From an uncultured Bacilli bacterium (GTDB lineage: Bacteria; Bacillota_I; Bacilli_A; RF39; UBA660): 64,000 nucleotides of DNA. This document shows, piece after piece, positions 20,451 through 30,127 of the stretch (the stretch's first letter is position 1; every line of letters begins with the position of its first letter). Position numbers and translations under genes: made by a program. Location of the stretch: NCBI GenBank assembly GCA_947588685.1, contig CANPYM010000004.1, forward strand, positions 1,091-65,090, in the 5' to 3' direction. The notes under the pieces were generated by a model. That model saw nothing but the letters and a program-made list of their open reading frames with translations. It had not been told where the DNA came from and searched no databases.

Positions 20451-21095
20451 ATGGATAACCTTAAATACTATTACTTTTTATTAGTGGTTAGTATTTGTAC
20501 TTTTGCTTTTATTAATGTAAAAAGTTATGATAATCCCTTAAAAGGACGGATGATATACATAGATGTTGGTCATGGCGGGGTTGATAGCGGGACAAAATAT
20601 AAAGATCTTCTTGAAAAAGATCTTAATCTTGAAATTGGTTATGAACTTATGGGCGAATTAGAAAATGCTGGCGCTAAAGTATATATGACAAGATATGGTG
20701 ACTATGATTTAAGTACGAATAATGCTTATTTTAGAAAAAGAAGTGATTTAGCTAATCGAGCTAAGATAATTAATGATAGTAATTGTGATATGTTTATATC
20801 TCTTCATCTAAACGCGACAACATCATCTAAGTGGTCAGGTGTTCAAGTTTTTTATGATGATGTTAATCTAGCCAATGAAAAAATAGCTACCTATTTACAA
20901 GCGTCTTTAGGAGGGGAAAGAAAGCAGATGGAATTAAATGGTCACTATATGTATGAAAGAGTAAAAGTACCAGGTGTTTTAATTGAATTAGGTTTTTTAT
21001 CTAATGCTAATGACCGGGCTAAATTACAAGATGCGACGGAACGTATCAAGATGGTTCGTAAAATAGTAAAGGGCATTGTCAAATATTACGAATAA
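20451..21095 (+). CDS. N-acetylmuramoyl-L-alanine amidase (Amidase_3, CwlD-like)
   Basis: IDVGHGG, EK, SLHLN, LIELGFLSN; N-terminal TM. Confidence 0.88.
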   Translation: MDNLKYYYFLLVVSICTFAFINVKSYDNPLKGRMIYIDVGHGGVDSGTKYKDLLEKDLNLEIGYELMGELENAGAKVYMTRYGDYDLSTNNAYFRKRSDLANRAKIINDSNCDMFISLHLNATTSSKWSGVQVFYDDVNLANEKIATYLQASLGGERKQMELNGHYMYERVKVPGVLIELGFLSNANDRAKLQDATERIKMVRKIVKGIVKYYE

Positions 21096-21153
21096 GGTGG
21101 ATATTAATATTAATTTAAAAACATTTGTGTTATAATTTCTATAAGGTGATAGT

Positions 21154-22083
21154 ATGCCAGCAATTAAGGTATTTAAAACTTTAGATGAACAAATTGAAAT
21201 CTTGCGTTCTAAAGGTTTAGTCATTAATGATGAAGAGTTTACTAAAAGAGTTCTTCTTCGGGAAAATTACTTTTTTATTAGTGGCTATCGTCATCTTTTT
21301 ATGCATCGTGAAAATAAATTTTATACAGGTACAACTTTTGAAGAGTTGTATGCGATGTTTTCTTTCGATCGTAATTTGCGTAATATTTTCTTTAAACATA
21401 TTTTAATAGTTGAAAATAACATTAAATCTTTAATAAGTTATGAACTATCTAAAAAATATGGTTTTAAAGAGAAAGATTATTTAAATGTTGATAACTTTAC
21501 ACAAAATCCGATGAAAGTAAGACAAGTTCATGACATTTTGGATAAAATGCGTCGGCAAATTAGAGTTAATGGTAAGCAACATACGGCTACTCTTCACTAT
21601 TTAAGTAATTATGGTTACATTCCCCTATGGATTTTGGTTAAAGTATTATCTTTTGGTATTGTATCAGAGCTATATACTATTTTAAAAGATGAAGATCAAA
21701 TGGCTATCAGTGACTTTTATAAGACTGATCCATCAACTTTAGCTATTTATCTAAATGTTTTATCTAATTATCGTAATTTATGTGCCCATGAGGAAATTTT
21801 GTATGATCACCGAACACAGCGTGTTATACCTGATAGTAAATATCATACTAATTTAAATATTCCTAAAATTGAAGATGAATATATTTATGGTAAAAATGAT
21901 TTGTTTGCCGTAATTATCATTTTAAAAATTATGCTTGATGAACGGGAATTCCGTAATATGATGAATGAAATATCATATGAAATTGACCTTTTAGGCGGAC
22001 GTCTTAAAGTTGTTCGGGTTGAATCAATTCTTGAACAAATTGGTTTCCCATTAAACTGGCGTGATATTGATCGTAATGACTAG
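21154..22083 (+). CDS. Abi family (AbiD/AbiF-like, Abi_2) HEPN protein
   Basis: FKTLDEQI.IL..KGL, NY..ISGY, Y.FDR.LR, PLW, RNLCAH (Rx4H). Confidence 0.9.
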   Translation: MPAIKVFKTLDEQIEILRSKGLVINDEEFTKRVLLRENYFFISGYRHLFMHRENKFYTGTTFEELYAMFSFDRNLRNIFFKHILIVENNIKSLISYELSKKYGFKEKDYLNVDNFTQNPMKVRQVHDILDKMRRQIRVNGKQHTATLHYLSNYGYIPLWILVKVLSFGIVSELYTILKDEDQMAISDFYKTDPSTLAIYLNVLSNYRNLCAHEEILYDHRTQRVIPDSKYHTNLNIPKIEDEYIYGKNDLFAVIIILKIMLDEREFRNMMNEISYEIDLLGGRLKVVRVESILEQIGFPLNWRDIDRND

Positions 22084-22094
22084 GAGATGATGAT

Positions 22095-23087
22095 ATCAAA
22101 TATCTTAACTTCATCGGATTGGTAGTTTTATCAATAGTTGTAGGTGGATATATTAGTGATACTAATCAAAATAGAACAAATCAAATAACGAAAAATATTA
22201 ATATTGTTGAAGAAAATACTATTAAAGAAGCCATCGACAAAGTATATAATGCGGTGGTTTTAATTACGTCTTATCGCCTTGATGATGGTGATAGTGTTGG
22301 ATCAGGTTTTATCTATAAAACCGATGATAAATATGGTTATATTCTAACTAATAATCATGTTATCGCGAAAAGTAATACTATAAGTGTTATGACCAACGAT
22401 TTAAAAGAGATTGATGCTACCCTTTTAGGCTATGATGAGCCTATGGATTTAGCTATATTAAGAATTGCAAAAGAAGACGTCTCATTAGTGGCGCCCATTG
22501 GCAATAGTTCAGATATGAAAATAGGTGATACTGTTTTTACAGTTGGTTCACCAGAAGGTATACAATATATGGGAACGGTGACAAAGGGAATTATATCGGG
22601 GCTTAACCGGGAAGTAAAAATAGGCACTCTTGGTGAAGATTATACGATGAGTGTTATTCAAACTGATGCTGCTATCAATCCCGGCAATAGTGGTGGCCCC
22701 TTAGTTAATATCAATGGCGAGGTTATCGGTATTAACTCTTTAAAATTAGTCCAAGATGAAATTGAAGGAATGGGTTTTGCTATTCCTATTGAAGAAGTAT
22801 TACTTTATACCGATTCTTTAGAAAAAGGCGAGACGATTAAAAGACCTTATCTTGGATTAGAACTTATGGATAATGATATTGGTATCGTTATAAATGCTAT
22901 TAACAATAATGCCATAAGTAGGGATTTGCAAAAGGGTGATATCATTATAAAACTAGATGATACCAGCATCCGAGATACGAGTCATTTTCGATATCTTTTA
23001 TATAAACATAAAATAGGTGATAAAGTTAAAATCACATATATTAGAGGTTTAAAAGAAGCAGAAACTTATATCGAATTAGAAACTTAG
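22095..23087 (+). CDS. htrA: HtrA/DegP-type serine protease with PDZ domain
   Basis: TNNHV, DLA, TDAAINPGNSGGPL. Start is uncertain (ATC 22095 or TTG 22119). Confidence 0.9.
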   Translation: MKYLNFIGLVVLSIVVGGYISDTNQNRTNQITKNINIVEENTIKEAIDKVYNAVVLITSYRLDDGDSVGSGFIYKTDDKYGYILTNNHVIAKSNTISVMTNDLKEIDATLLGYDEPMDLAILRIAKEDVSLVAPIGNSSDMKIGDTVFTVGSPEGIQYMGTVTKGIISGLNREVKIGTLGEDYTMSVIQTDAAINPGNSGGPLVNINGEVIGINSLKLVQDEIEGMGFAIPIEEVLLYTDSLEKGETIKRPYLGLELMDNDIGIVINAINNNAISRDLQKGDIIIKLDDTSIRDTSHFRYLLYKHKIGDKVKITYIRGLKEAETYIELET

Positions 23088-23192
23088 AACATATCTTTTT
23101 AAAGAAGATATGTTTTAATTTGCAAAATTAGGAAATAATAGTATAATACTAGTAGTTTGGCTTGATTTTGTGGAGAATTAGAGGTGTTTTAG

Positions 23193-23924
23193 ATGAAAAT
23201 TTTAATTATCATTCCGGCTTATAATGAATCTTTAAACATTGTAAGAACAGTTGATAGTTTAAAAGACGCTAAGTTGGGGAAGAAATATACCTTAGATTAT
23301 GTTATTGTCAATGATGGATCTTGTGATAATACGAAAGAAATATGTGAAGAAAATCATTTTAATGTTATCAATTTACCAGTTAATTTAGGTATCGGTGGCG
23401 CTGTTCAAACCGGATATAAGTATGCCTATTACAATAACTATGATATTGCTATCCAATACGATGGTGATGGACAACACGATGCTGCTTACATCAAAGATTT
23501 AGTTAAAGAAATAGAAGATGGAAATGATATTGCTATTGGTTCTCGTTTTGTTAAGGAATTAAGTGAGTTTAAATCCACTTTTATAAGACGCTGTGGTATT
23601 AACTTTTTATCTTTCTTAATCAAAATATTAACCGGTAAAAAGATATATGATCCAACAAGTGGTTTTAGAGCTAGTAATACTAGAATAATTAAAGAATTTG
23701 CTACAGACTATCCAACGGATTTTCCTGAACCAGATTCAATTACTAAAATTATCAAAAAAGGTTATCGAGTATCGGAAATACCTGTTAAAATGAAACCGCG
23801 CCTTGATGGTGTATCATCTCTTACAACAAATATTTTTAAGCCAGCTTACTATATGATAAAGGTAAGTATCGCCATTATTATTGCTGGTGTAACAACGAGA
23901 AAAGTGGGTGATAAAAATGAGTAA
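23193..23924 (+). CDS. glycosyltransferase family 2 (DPM1-like)
   Basis: IIPAYNE, NDGS, DGDGQH, DPTSGFR motifs. Confidence 0.92.
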   Translation: MKILIIIPAYNESLNIVRTVDSLKDAKLGKKYTLDYVIVNDGSCDNTKEICEENHFNVINLPVNLGIGGAVQTGYKYAYYNNYDIAIQYDGDGQHDAAYIKDLVKEIEDGNDIAIGSRFVKELSEFKSTFIRRCGINFLSFLIKILTGKKIYDPTSGFRASNTRIIKEFATDYPTDFPEPDSITKIIKKGYRVSEIPVKMKPRLDGVSSLTTNIFKPAYYMIKVSIAIIIAGVTTRKVGDKNE

Positions 23925-24288
23925 TAATTTAATGATTTCCTTATTAGTAATTTGCGTTTTAGGTTTCCTATTTGTTTTATGGGCCGTTAAGAAAAAAGAA
24001 ATGCTTTTTAAACATGCTTTGTTATGGTGGTTTTTAGATATCATTTTAATTATTCTTATCTTTATACCTGGTATTTTACGCTTTATTGCTGATTTAATGG
24101 GTATTGAAACAATATCTAATATGATTTTCTTGTTTGGTTTTATCATTGTTTTAGGAATTATTCTCCTTTTAACAATGCTAGTTGCTGAACAAAAAGCACA
24201 AATAACGACTTTAAGTCAAGAAGTAGGTATTTTAGAAAATAAGGTTAGGGGGTTAGAGAATGGCAACCATAAAAAAACTAATCGCTAA
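23917..24288 (+). CDS. DUF2304-like membrane protein
   Basis: ALLW, IADLMGIE..SN, LSQEVG pattern; typical partner of a GT2 gene. Confidence 0.8.
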   Translation: MSNNLMISLLVICVLGFLFVLWAVKKKEMLFKHALLWWFLDIILIILIFIPGILRFIADLMGIETISNMIFLFGFIIVLGIILLLTMLVAEQKAQITTLSQEVGILENKVRGLENGNHKKTNR

Positions 24289-26563
24289 AAATATAACCTT
24301 TATTAAATATATTATGGTAGCTGCTTTCTCTTTTATTCTAGATATAACTTTATTTACTGTTTTTAAAATCCTTTTAAATGAAAAAATAGCATCAGCTATT
24401 TTAGTGGCAACTATTATGGCTAGAGTTATCTCATCATTTGTCAATTATCTTTTAAATCGTAATGCGGTATTCCAAAATAATAGTGGTAAAGCCGATTCTA
24501 AAACACTAGTTAAATATTATATCTTAGTTATTATTCAAACTCTTATAAGCGGCTTTGCCGTTGAAGCTTTAGCTAGTCATTTTGATGCTGATATGATGAT
24601 TTTATTTCTTCCTATTGCTACCGTTATTAAAATGCCAGTAGAGATGATTCTTTTTGTTGTCAACTATTTTGCTCAAAAACTTTTTGTGTTTAAGGGTAGT
24701 GATAGCAAATTAAATATTAAGGATTACATTAAGATAAATGATACTATTGTTTATCTTGCTTTGGCCTTTATAACAACAATTACCCTAATATTTAAAGTTA
24801 ATTCAGGTAGTAAGTTTACGGCAAGTTTTTACCAAGGCGACAACAATAACTTCTTTATATCAGTTATTGTATTTATATGTACATATAAATATTATAAATA
24901 TTATCTTTATAAATATAAAAGTAATGTCTTATTTAGACTTTTAGCAGTATTATTTAGTTTATTTATGATTTTAGGATATAGCTATGCTGCTGTAGGTAAT
25001 GCCAGTTTAGTCTTTGGTAACCTTGCTTACTTTGGCTATTCGTGTGTTAAACTAGTTGGCTATTATTTTCTATTTATCGTAGCTATTAACATAGCTTATG
25101 ACTTTATGTGTAATGGCAAAATCAAAGAGATTAAAATCAAGAATAAATTTATTGATGCTTTTAACAAACACCCCGTGCTTGTTAGTGCCATTGTTATTTT
25201 AATTTGTTATATGCCATATATTATTTCTTATTATCCTGCCATAATGGGATATGATCCAGCTAATCAAATTAAAGAAGTAATGGGTATGCATACAAGATAT
25301 ATGGATTCAGTTATTTTACTTGATCCTAATATGACAATTACGAATTTTAATCCCGTTTTACATACCCTATTATTAGGTGGATGCTTTAAATTAGGTCATG
25401 TAATGGGTAGCGATAATTTGGGCTTATTTATGTATACGATTATTCAAGTAGCTCTTGTTATTGCAACACTATCATATTCTATTAGCTATATGAAAAAAGA
25501 AGGCGTCAATAATACTTTCTTATTTATCATTTTAGCTATTTATGCTTTAGTTCCAATGTATCCATTCTATGCGATAGGTACAAATAAAGATATGATTTTC
25601 TGCTGCTTTATCTTACTATATTGTATTAAGGTATATGATTTAATTCACCATGAGCAGACCTTAAAAAAATATATTGAGGTCTTCCTCGTTATCATAATGG
25701 TTGTTTTAACTCGTAATAATGGTATTTATACGTTTATATTATCTTTCCCATTTTTACTTATCTGGTTAAAAGGTAAAAGAAAGGCTATTTTAACTATTTT
25801 AATAGCGACATTGCTATTTTATGTTGGATATAATAAAGTATTGCTTCCAACACTAAAAATAAGTAATACAAGCGTTAGAGAAATATTATCTATTCCTTTC
25901 CAACAAACAGCGCGTTACGCTAAAGAGTATCCAGAAGATTTTACGGATGAAGATAAAGAGACAATTGATAAGATTTTAAACTTTGATACGTTAGCGACAC
26001 GTTATAATCCTCGTCTTTCTGATCCTGTTAAAAACGAATATAATATTTATACGACTAAAGATGATTTAGTTAAATATTTTAAAGTTTGGAGTAAAGGTTT
26101 AATAAAAAGACCAGTTGTCTATATTGATGCGACGATTGCTAATACATATGGCTATTTCTATCCAGGTAAGACGATGTGGTATCTATATTATAAGTATAAT
26201 ACTAAGTTAGCTAATGCGGGATTTGATTATCACTATAATGGCTTATCCGTACCTCGTAAAGTTTTAAATGTTTATGGTGAGTACTTCCCACATATTCCAA
26301 TTGTTGGATTACTTGTTAATATTGCTTTTATGGGTTGGGTTTATTTCTTCTTGTTCGTAGCTTTGATTATTAAAAAGCAGTATAAGTATTTGCCATTAGT
26401 CTTTATTGCTTTATCATTTATTTTAACGAATATAGCGGGACCAGCCAATACTTATTTTAGATATGCAATGCCATATATTATTCCGCTTCCTTTAACATTT
26501 GCTTTGCTATATCTTTTGTTTCATGAAAATGAAAAAAAAAGTTCTAGGAAAAAATTATCCTAG
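24260..26563 (+). CDS. GtrA-like domain fused to a polytopic membrane glycosyltransferase-like (DUF6020-like) domain
   Basis: N-terminal GtrA pattern (ARVISSFVNYLLNRNAVF); YYPA.MGYD..Q, P.LHT, KD, RNNG, SIPFQQTARY, FRY. Confidence 0.75.
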   Translation: MATIKKLIAKNITFIKYIMVAAFSFILDITLFTVFKILLNEKIASAILVATIMARVISSFVNYLLNRNAVFQNNSGKADSKTLVKYYILVIIQTLISGFAVEALASHFDADMMILFLPIATVIKMPVEMILFVVNYFAQKLFVFKGSDSKLNIKDYIKINDTIVYLALAFITTITLIFKVNSGSKFTASFYQGDNNNFFISVIVFICTYKYYKYYLYKYKSNVLFRLLAVLFSLFMILGYSYAAVGNASLVFGNLAYFGYSCVKLVGYYFLFIVAINIAYDFMCNGKIKEIKIKNKFIDAFNKHPVLVSAIVILICYMPYIISYYPAIMGYDPANQIKEVMGMHTRYMDSVILLDPNMTITNFNPVLHTLLLGGCFKLGHVMGSDNLGLFMYTIIQVALVIATLSYSISYMKKEGVNNTFLFIILAIYALVPMYPFYAIGTNKDMIFCCFILLYCIKVYDLIHHEQTLKKYIEVFLVIIMVVLTRNNGIYTFILSFPFLLIWLKGKRKAILTILIATLLFYVGYNKVLLPTLKISNTSVREILSIPFQQTARYAKEYPEDFTDEDKETIDKILNFDTLATRYNPRLSDPVKNEYNIYTTKDDLVKYFKVWSKGLIKRPVVYIDATIANTYGYFYPGKTMWYLYYKYNTKLANAGFDYHYNGLSVPRKVLNVYGEYFPHIPIVGLLVNIAFMGWVYFFLFVALIIKKQYKYLPLVFIALSFILTNIAGPANTYFRYAMPYIIPLPLTFALLYLLFHENEKKSSRKKLS

Positions 26564-26606
26564 AACTTTTTAATTGCAAATGAATAACGTATTACTAGGT
26601 GATGGT

Positions 26607-27578
26607 ATGGATTATAAAGTCATTATTAATCCTGAATTAGGTGGTAGTGAGGTAGGGATTAATTATGGTGGTGAGAAAGCAAAAGATTTTAACTTACGTT
26701 TTAGTAAACTATTAAGTAATAAGCTTAAGGATATTGGTGTATCCAATCTTTTATTGCGTAATAATGATGTGAATATGACAAGTGAAGAGCGCATTAATTT
26801 GATTAAGGAAATAGGAAGTACGCCGCTTGTTATTTCCAATGGCGTTAGTAATGATGGGAATCTTGAAATTATCTATCCCTTACGTAGTAATGATGTCTTA
26901 GCTAGCAGGTTAGCTAATAGCTTAGAAGAAAATGGTTTTATAGTTAATAAGTACTATCAAAGACGATCTAATAGTGTCCCTGTTAAAGATTATGAGGCTA
27001 TTTTTAGAGATAATGTTAACCCTAGTATTATTATTCGCTATGGCAATTTAAATGGCCGAATAAATGAGATTATTGACGTTATAGCGAATACCATCAAAAG
27101 CTATTTAGGACTTGCTAACGACTATTATATTGTAAAAAAGGGTGACAATTTATATAGCATTGCTAGAAAATATAATACGACGGTTGATGTTATTAAAAAA
27201 CTAAATAATTTAACGAATAATAATTTAAGTATCGGTCAAAGGCTAACTATAAAAGCTATACCAACAACTGATGATAGTAATACCTATTATATAGTTAAGA
27301 AAGGTGATAACTTATATAGTATCGCTAGAAAGTACAATACGACGGTTGATGAAATCAAAAGACTAAATAATCTAACAAATAACAATTTAAGTATTGGTCA
27401 AAAATTAATAATAAAAACAATTTCAATGACAACTGATTATTATATTGTAAAAAAAGGCGATACCTTATATGACATTGCAAGAAAATATAACACAACTATT
27501 GATAATATTAAAAGACTAAATAATCTAACAAACAACAATTTAAGTATCGGTCAAAGATTAGTTATAAAGGCGATATAA
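26607..27578 (+). CDS. degenerate Amidase_3 domain plus 3 LysM domains
   Basis: Three YIVKKGD.LY.IARKYNTT..L.IGQ.L repeats; the amidase zinc His/Glu ligands are not evident. Confidence 0.85.
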   Translation: MDYKVIINPELGGSEVGINYGGEKAKDFNLRFSKLLSNKLKDIGVSNLLLRNNDVNMTSEERINLIKEIGSTPLVISNGVSNDGNLEIIYPLRSNDVLASRLANSLEENGFIVNKYYQRRSNSVPVKDYEAIFRDNVNPSIIIRYGNLNGRINEIIDVIANTIKSYLGLANDYYIVKKGDNLYSIARKYNTTVDVIKKLNNLTNNNLSIGQRLTIKAIPTTDDSNTYYIVKKGDNLYSIARKYNTTVDEIKRLNNLTNNNLSIGQKLIIKTISMTTDYYIVKKGDTLYDIARKYNTTIDNIKRLNNLTNNNLSIGQRLVIKAI

Positions 27579-27620
27579 CCATCTGACAATGATAATATTT
27601 ATTACACTATTAAAAAGGGT
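27123..27620 (+). repeat. LysM-coding direct repeats (3 complete plus a vestigial fourth after the stop)
   Basis: Near-identical ~130-bp units; in-frame PSDNDNIYYTIKKG follows the TAA. Confidence 0.8.
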
Positions 27621-27792
27621 AAAAAAATTTTATGAGTAGCAATGATAATTATTATGTCTAAATAAAAATGTCATCAAAATATAAGATATTTTAAAAAATT
27701 GTCTTTTTGCATGTTATAATTAACAGTAGAATGATGAAAATATCATAAGTAAATTAATGTACATATAAATCAAAATAGGCAAGGTGTTTATA

Positions 27793-28485
27793 GTGAAAAA
27801 ATTAGAAACAAGTTTATGTAAAATAAATTATTCCGATAGTTTAGAAACTCTAGCCAAAGCGACTGTTCCTTTGCTTAATCAAAAAATGAAAGAATTTGAA
27901 TCGCTTTTTGATATTTCTAATCATGAACAAATAGTTGTTAATTATTTTGATAATACTGAAGAATTTAGAGAGTTTATCTATTCTATAAGAGGTGAAAGAG
28001 AGTCATTACCTAAATATGCTGAAGGAACTTATGATAATGGAATGGTAAATGCTTATATAAATCCTGAATTGCAATTAGAAAAATTGTATACTTCTAGTCA
28101 TGAGTTATTTCATATTTTATATATGAAGTATATATTGAACAATGATTATTCAAAAAGAATCGTTTGGTATGATGAAGGTATGGCTCAACTTATGTCAGGA
28201 GAAAAAGATTCTCTAACTGATGATGCTTTTAAAGAGTTCTATTTTAATGTAAGAGAAAAAACAAAAATAATACCCCAGATGAATAGTTTAAATCATGGAA
28301 AGTCTTTTATTAATGAAGATTACAATGGTTATGATTTAAGTTATTTATCTGTAAAATATTTATCAGAAATATTAAGTGATATACAATTTAAAAATTTAAT
28401 GTCTGACTTTTCAAAAATTAATCAATTTGGTGATGATATAATTCATAAAATGTTTAGTTATTATGATGAAAAATTTAAAAACTGA
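27793..28485 (+). CDS. gluzincin/peptidase MA-like metallopeptidase
   Basis: HELFH (HExxH) plus WYDEGMA. Confidence 0.75.
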   Translation: MKKLETSLCKINYSDSLETLAKATVPLLNQKMKEFESLFDISNHEQIVVNYFDNTEEFREFIYSIRGERESLPKYAEGTYDNGMVNAYINPELQLEKLYTSSHELFHILYMKYILNNDYSKRIVWYDEGMAQLMSGEKDSLTDDAFKEFYFNVREKTKIIPQMNSLNHGKSFINEDYNGYDLSYLSVKYLSEILSDIQFKNLMSDFSKINQFGDDIIHKMFSYYDEKFKN

Positions 28486-28756
28486 TTTGGTAAAAAATAG
28501 ATATAAATTTAATCATCCTATAAAGTCAGTAGAAGCTATAAATATCTTTAAATTAATATATTTATAAGTTTTATAGGATGATAGGTAAAACTTTCCGTGC
28601 TTTATGACTCGACTCACCTTTTTGATGGTATTATCATATAGCTCGTTAAAAAAGATGAATGAATAATCTATTTAATAATTTATTAAGTGTTGGATGACGT
28701 TTGATTATAAAAATGAAAAAGTAATACGCATTTAGGTAAAATACGTATTACTTTTA

Positions 28757-28785
28757 TTGAATTTGAGTAAAATACAGTTTACAAT
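28757..28785 (+). promoter_or_regulatory. sigmaA promoter for the 28803-32054 gene cluster
   Basis: TTGAAT-17-TACAAT, preceded by hairpin 28717-28755. Confidence 0.65.
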
Positions 28786-28802
28786 GTATTTAGAGAGGAG
28801 AA

Positions 28803-30125
28803 ATGGAAATGAAAAAGGAAAACATTTATTCTAATGATAATTTGGAAGCTTTGGTACTTGACCTAATTAAGTATTTATATAAAACAAAGGATTATAATAA
28901 AAATCGACTATCTAATAATGTCATAATTTATAGTATGAATAAGGCTTATTATATAGGTGGTGAAAAGGCTAACTATAAATTAGGTAGTATTCCTGTTTTT
29001 ATTGAAGAAAACATGAAAATAGAAGATTATTTTGATTATTATTATCCTAATACATTAGCTTTATCAATGGACTCTACTCTTAGTGAATATTTATATAATT
29101 ATGATGTTCCGAACTGTGAAGAAGTGGCAGACAAAATAAGTCAAATATTTAATAAGCATGGTTTTTATTATAACTTTGGTTCTAATTGGTATTTATATGC
29201 CGTACCTTTAAAAAAAGATGATAACAAAATAACTGCTGTTTACGATTTTACTGATGATACTTTAGGTAGTAGCAAAATAAATCCGACAAATTATGAAGAA
29301 TATGAAAAAGCAAAAGGTTTAGAAAGATATTTAATGTATAGATTATCATCTAACTCAGGAAAAGATCCGGATAATCATAGTATAAAACTTAAACTTTTTT
29401 ATCGCACAAAATATTCTAAATATGCTAAAAGCGATTTAAAAGATATTTATTCCGATACTATGACTAGCGCTCAAACTCTTCTTTCGGCTTTTTATATAAA
29501 AGAAGCTCCTGAGGAATGGAAGCATTTTAAAGAAGTATTTTGTCCAAAAGCTAAAGGGCTGAGTGCTGTTGCTATGAGTAACATTTTAACTAAAATAGAT
29601 GAATTCCCAAAGTTTAAGGAGATATTTGTTTCTACAACTAAAAAATATGTTAATGTTAGGGAGTTTATCAACTTATATCATACTATCGGTAATTATATAC
29701 CCGTAGCTAAATATTTTAACTCTAATAGAAGTGGTGCTGGAGCAAGTGCTATGCATGATATGTGGGATTTGACTTTGACGAAAATATTTAATTACTATCA
29801 GTTAATGAAAGTAAACAAAGTTGAAGCAGCTAATTATTCATTACAAGAATTATTACATTTAAAAAAGATGGATAAAAAAAGTAGAGAAATATTACAAAGT
29901 ACTAAAGATTGGTTGGATTCATACCAAAGTTGGAAAAACTTTATTAAAGAAAATTATCTTCAGGATTATGTTGATATCAACACTAAAAATTGGAACATAA
30001 TTTCAGAGTTTACAAGTATTCATGATTGGGACAACCCTTATGAGATAGAAGATTATCTAGCTTATTTTAAACTTCTCGTCGAAACAATTGAAAAAAGAGC
30101 TGACCGAATACTTAAAGGGGAATAA
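28803..30125 (+). CDS. two-domain hypothetical protein; C-terminal DUF6994/His-Me-nuclease-like domain
   Basis: DPD..S, SDTM, YHTIGNYIP, FN..RS, D.WDLTL motifs recalled from DUF6994-like proteins. Confidence 0.55.
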   Translation: MEMKKENIYSNDNLEALVLDLIKYLYKTKDYNKNRLSNNVIIYSMNKAYYIGGEKANYKLGSIPVFIEENMKIEDYFDYYYPNTLALSMDSTLSEYLYNYDVPNCEEVADKISQIFNKHGFYYNFGSNWYLYAVPLKKDDNKITAVYDFTDDTLGSSKINPTNYEEYEKAKGLERYLMYRLSSNSGKDPDNHSIKLKLFYRTKYSKYAKSDLKDIYSDTMTSAQTLLSAFYIKEAPEEWKHFKEVFCPKAKGLSAVAMSNILTKIDEFPKFKEIFVSTTKKYVNVREFINLYHTIGNYIPVAKYFNSNRSGAGASAMHDMWDLTLTKIFNYYQLMKVNKVEAANYSLQELLHLKKMDKKSREILQSTKDWLDSYQSWKNFIKENYLQDYVDINTKNWNIISEFTSIHDWDNPYEIEDYLAYFKLLVETIEKRADRILKGE

Positions 30126-30127
30126 TA

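Noticed and set aside
28512-28582. Integron attC interpretation of the hairpin
   Set aside because: No RYYYAAC/GTTRRRY ends, no similar sites between other accessory genes, no integrase in the window.
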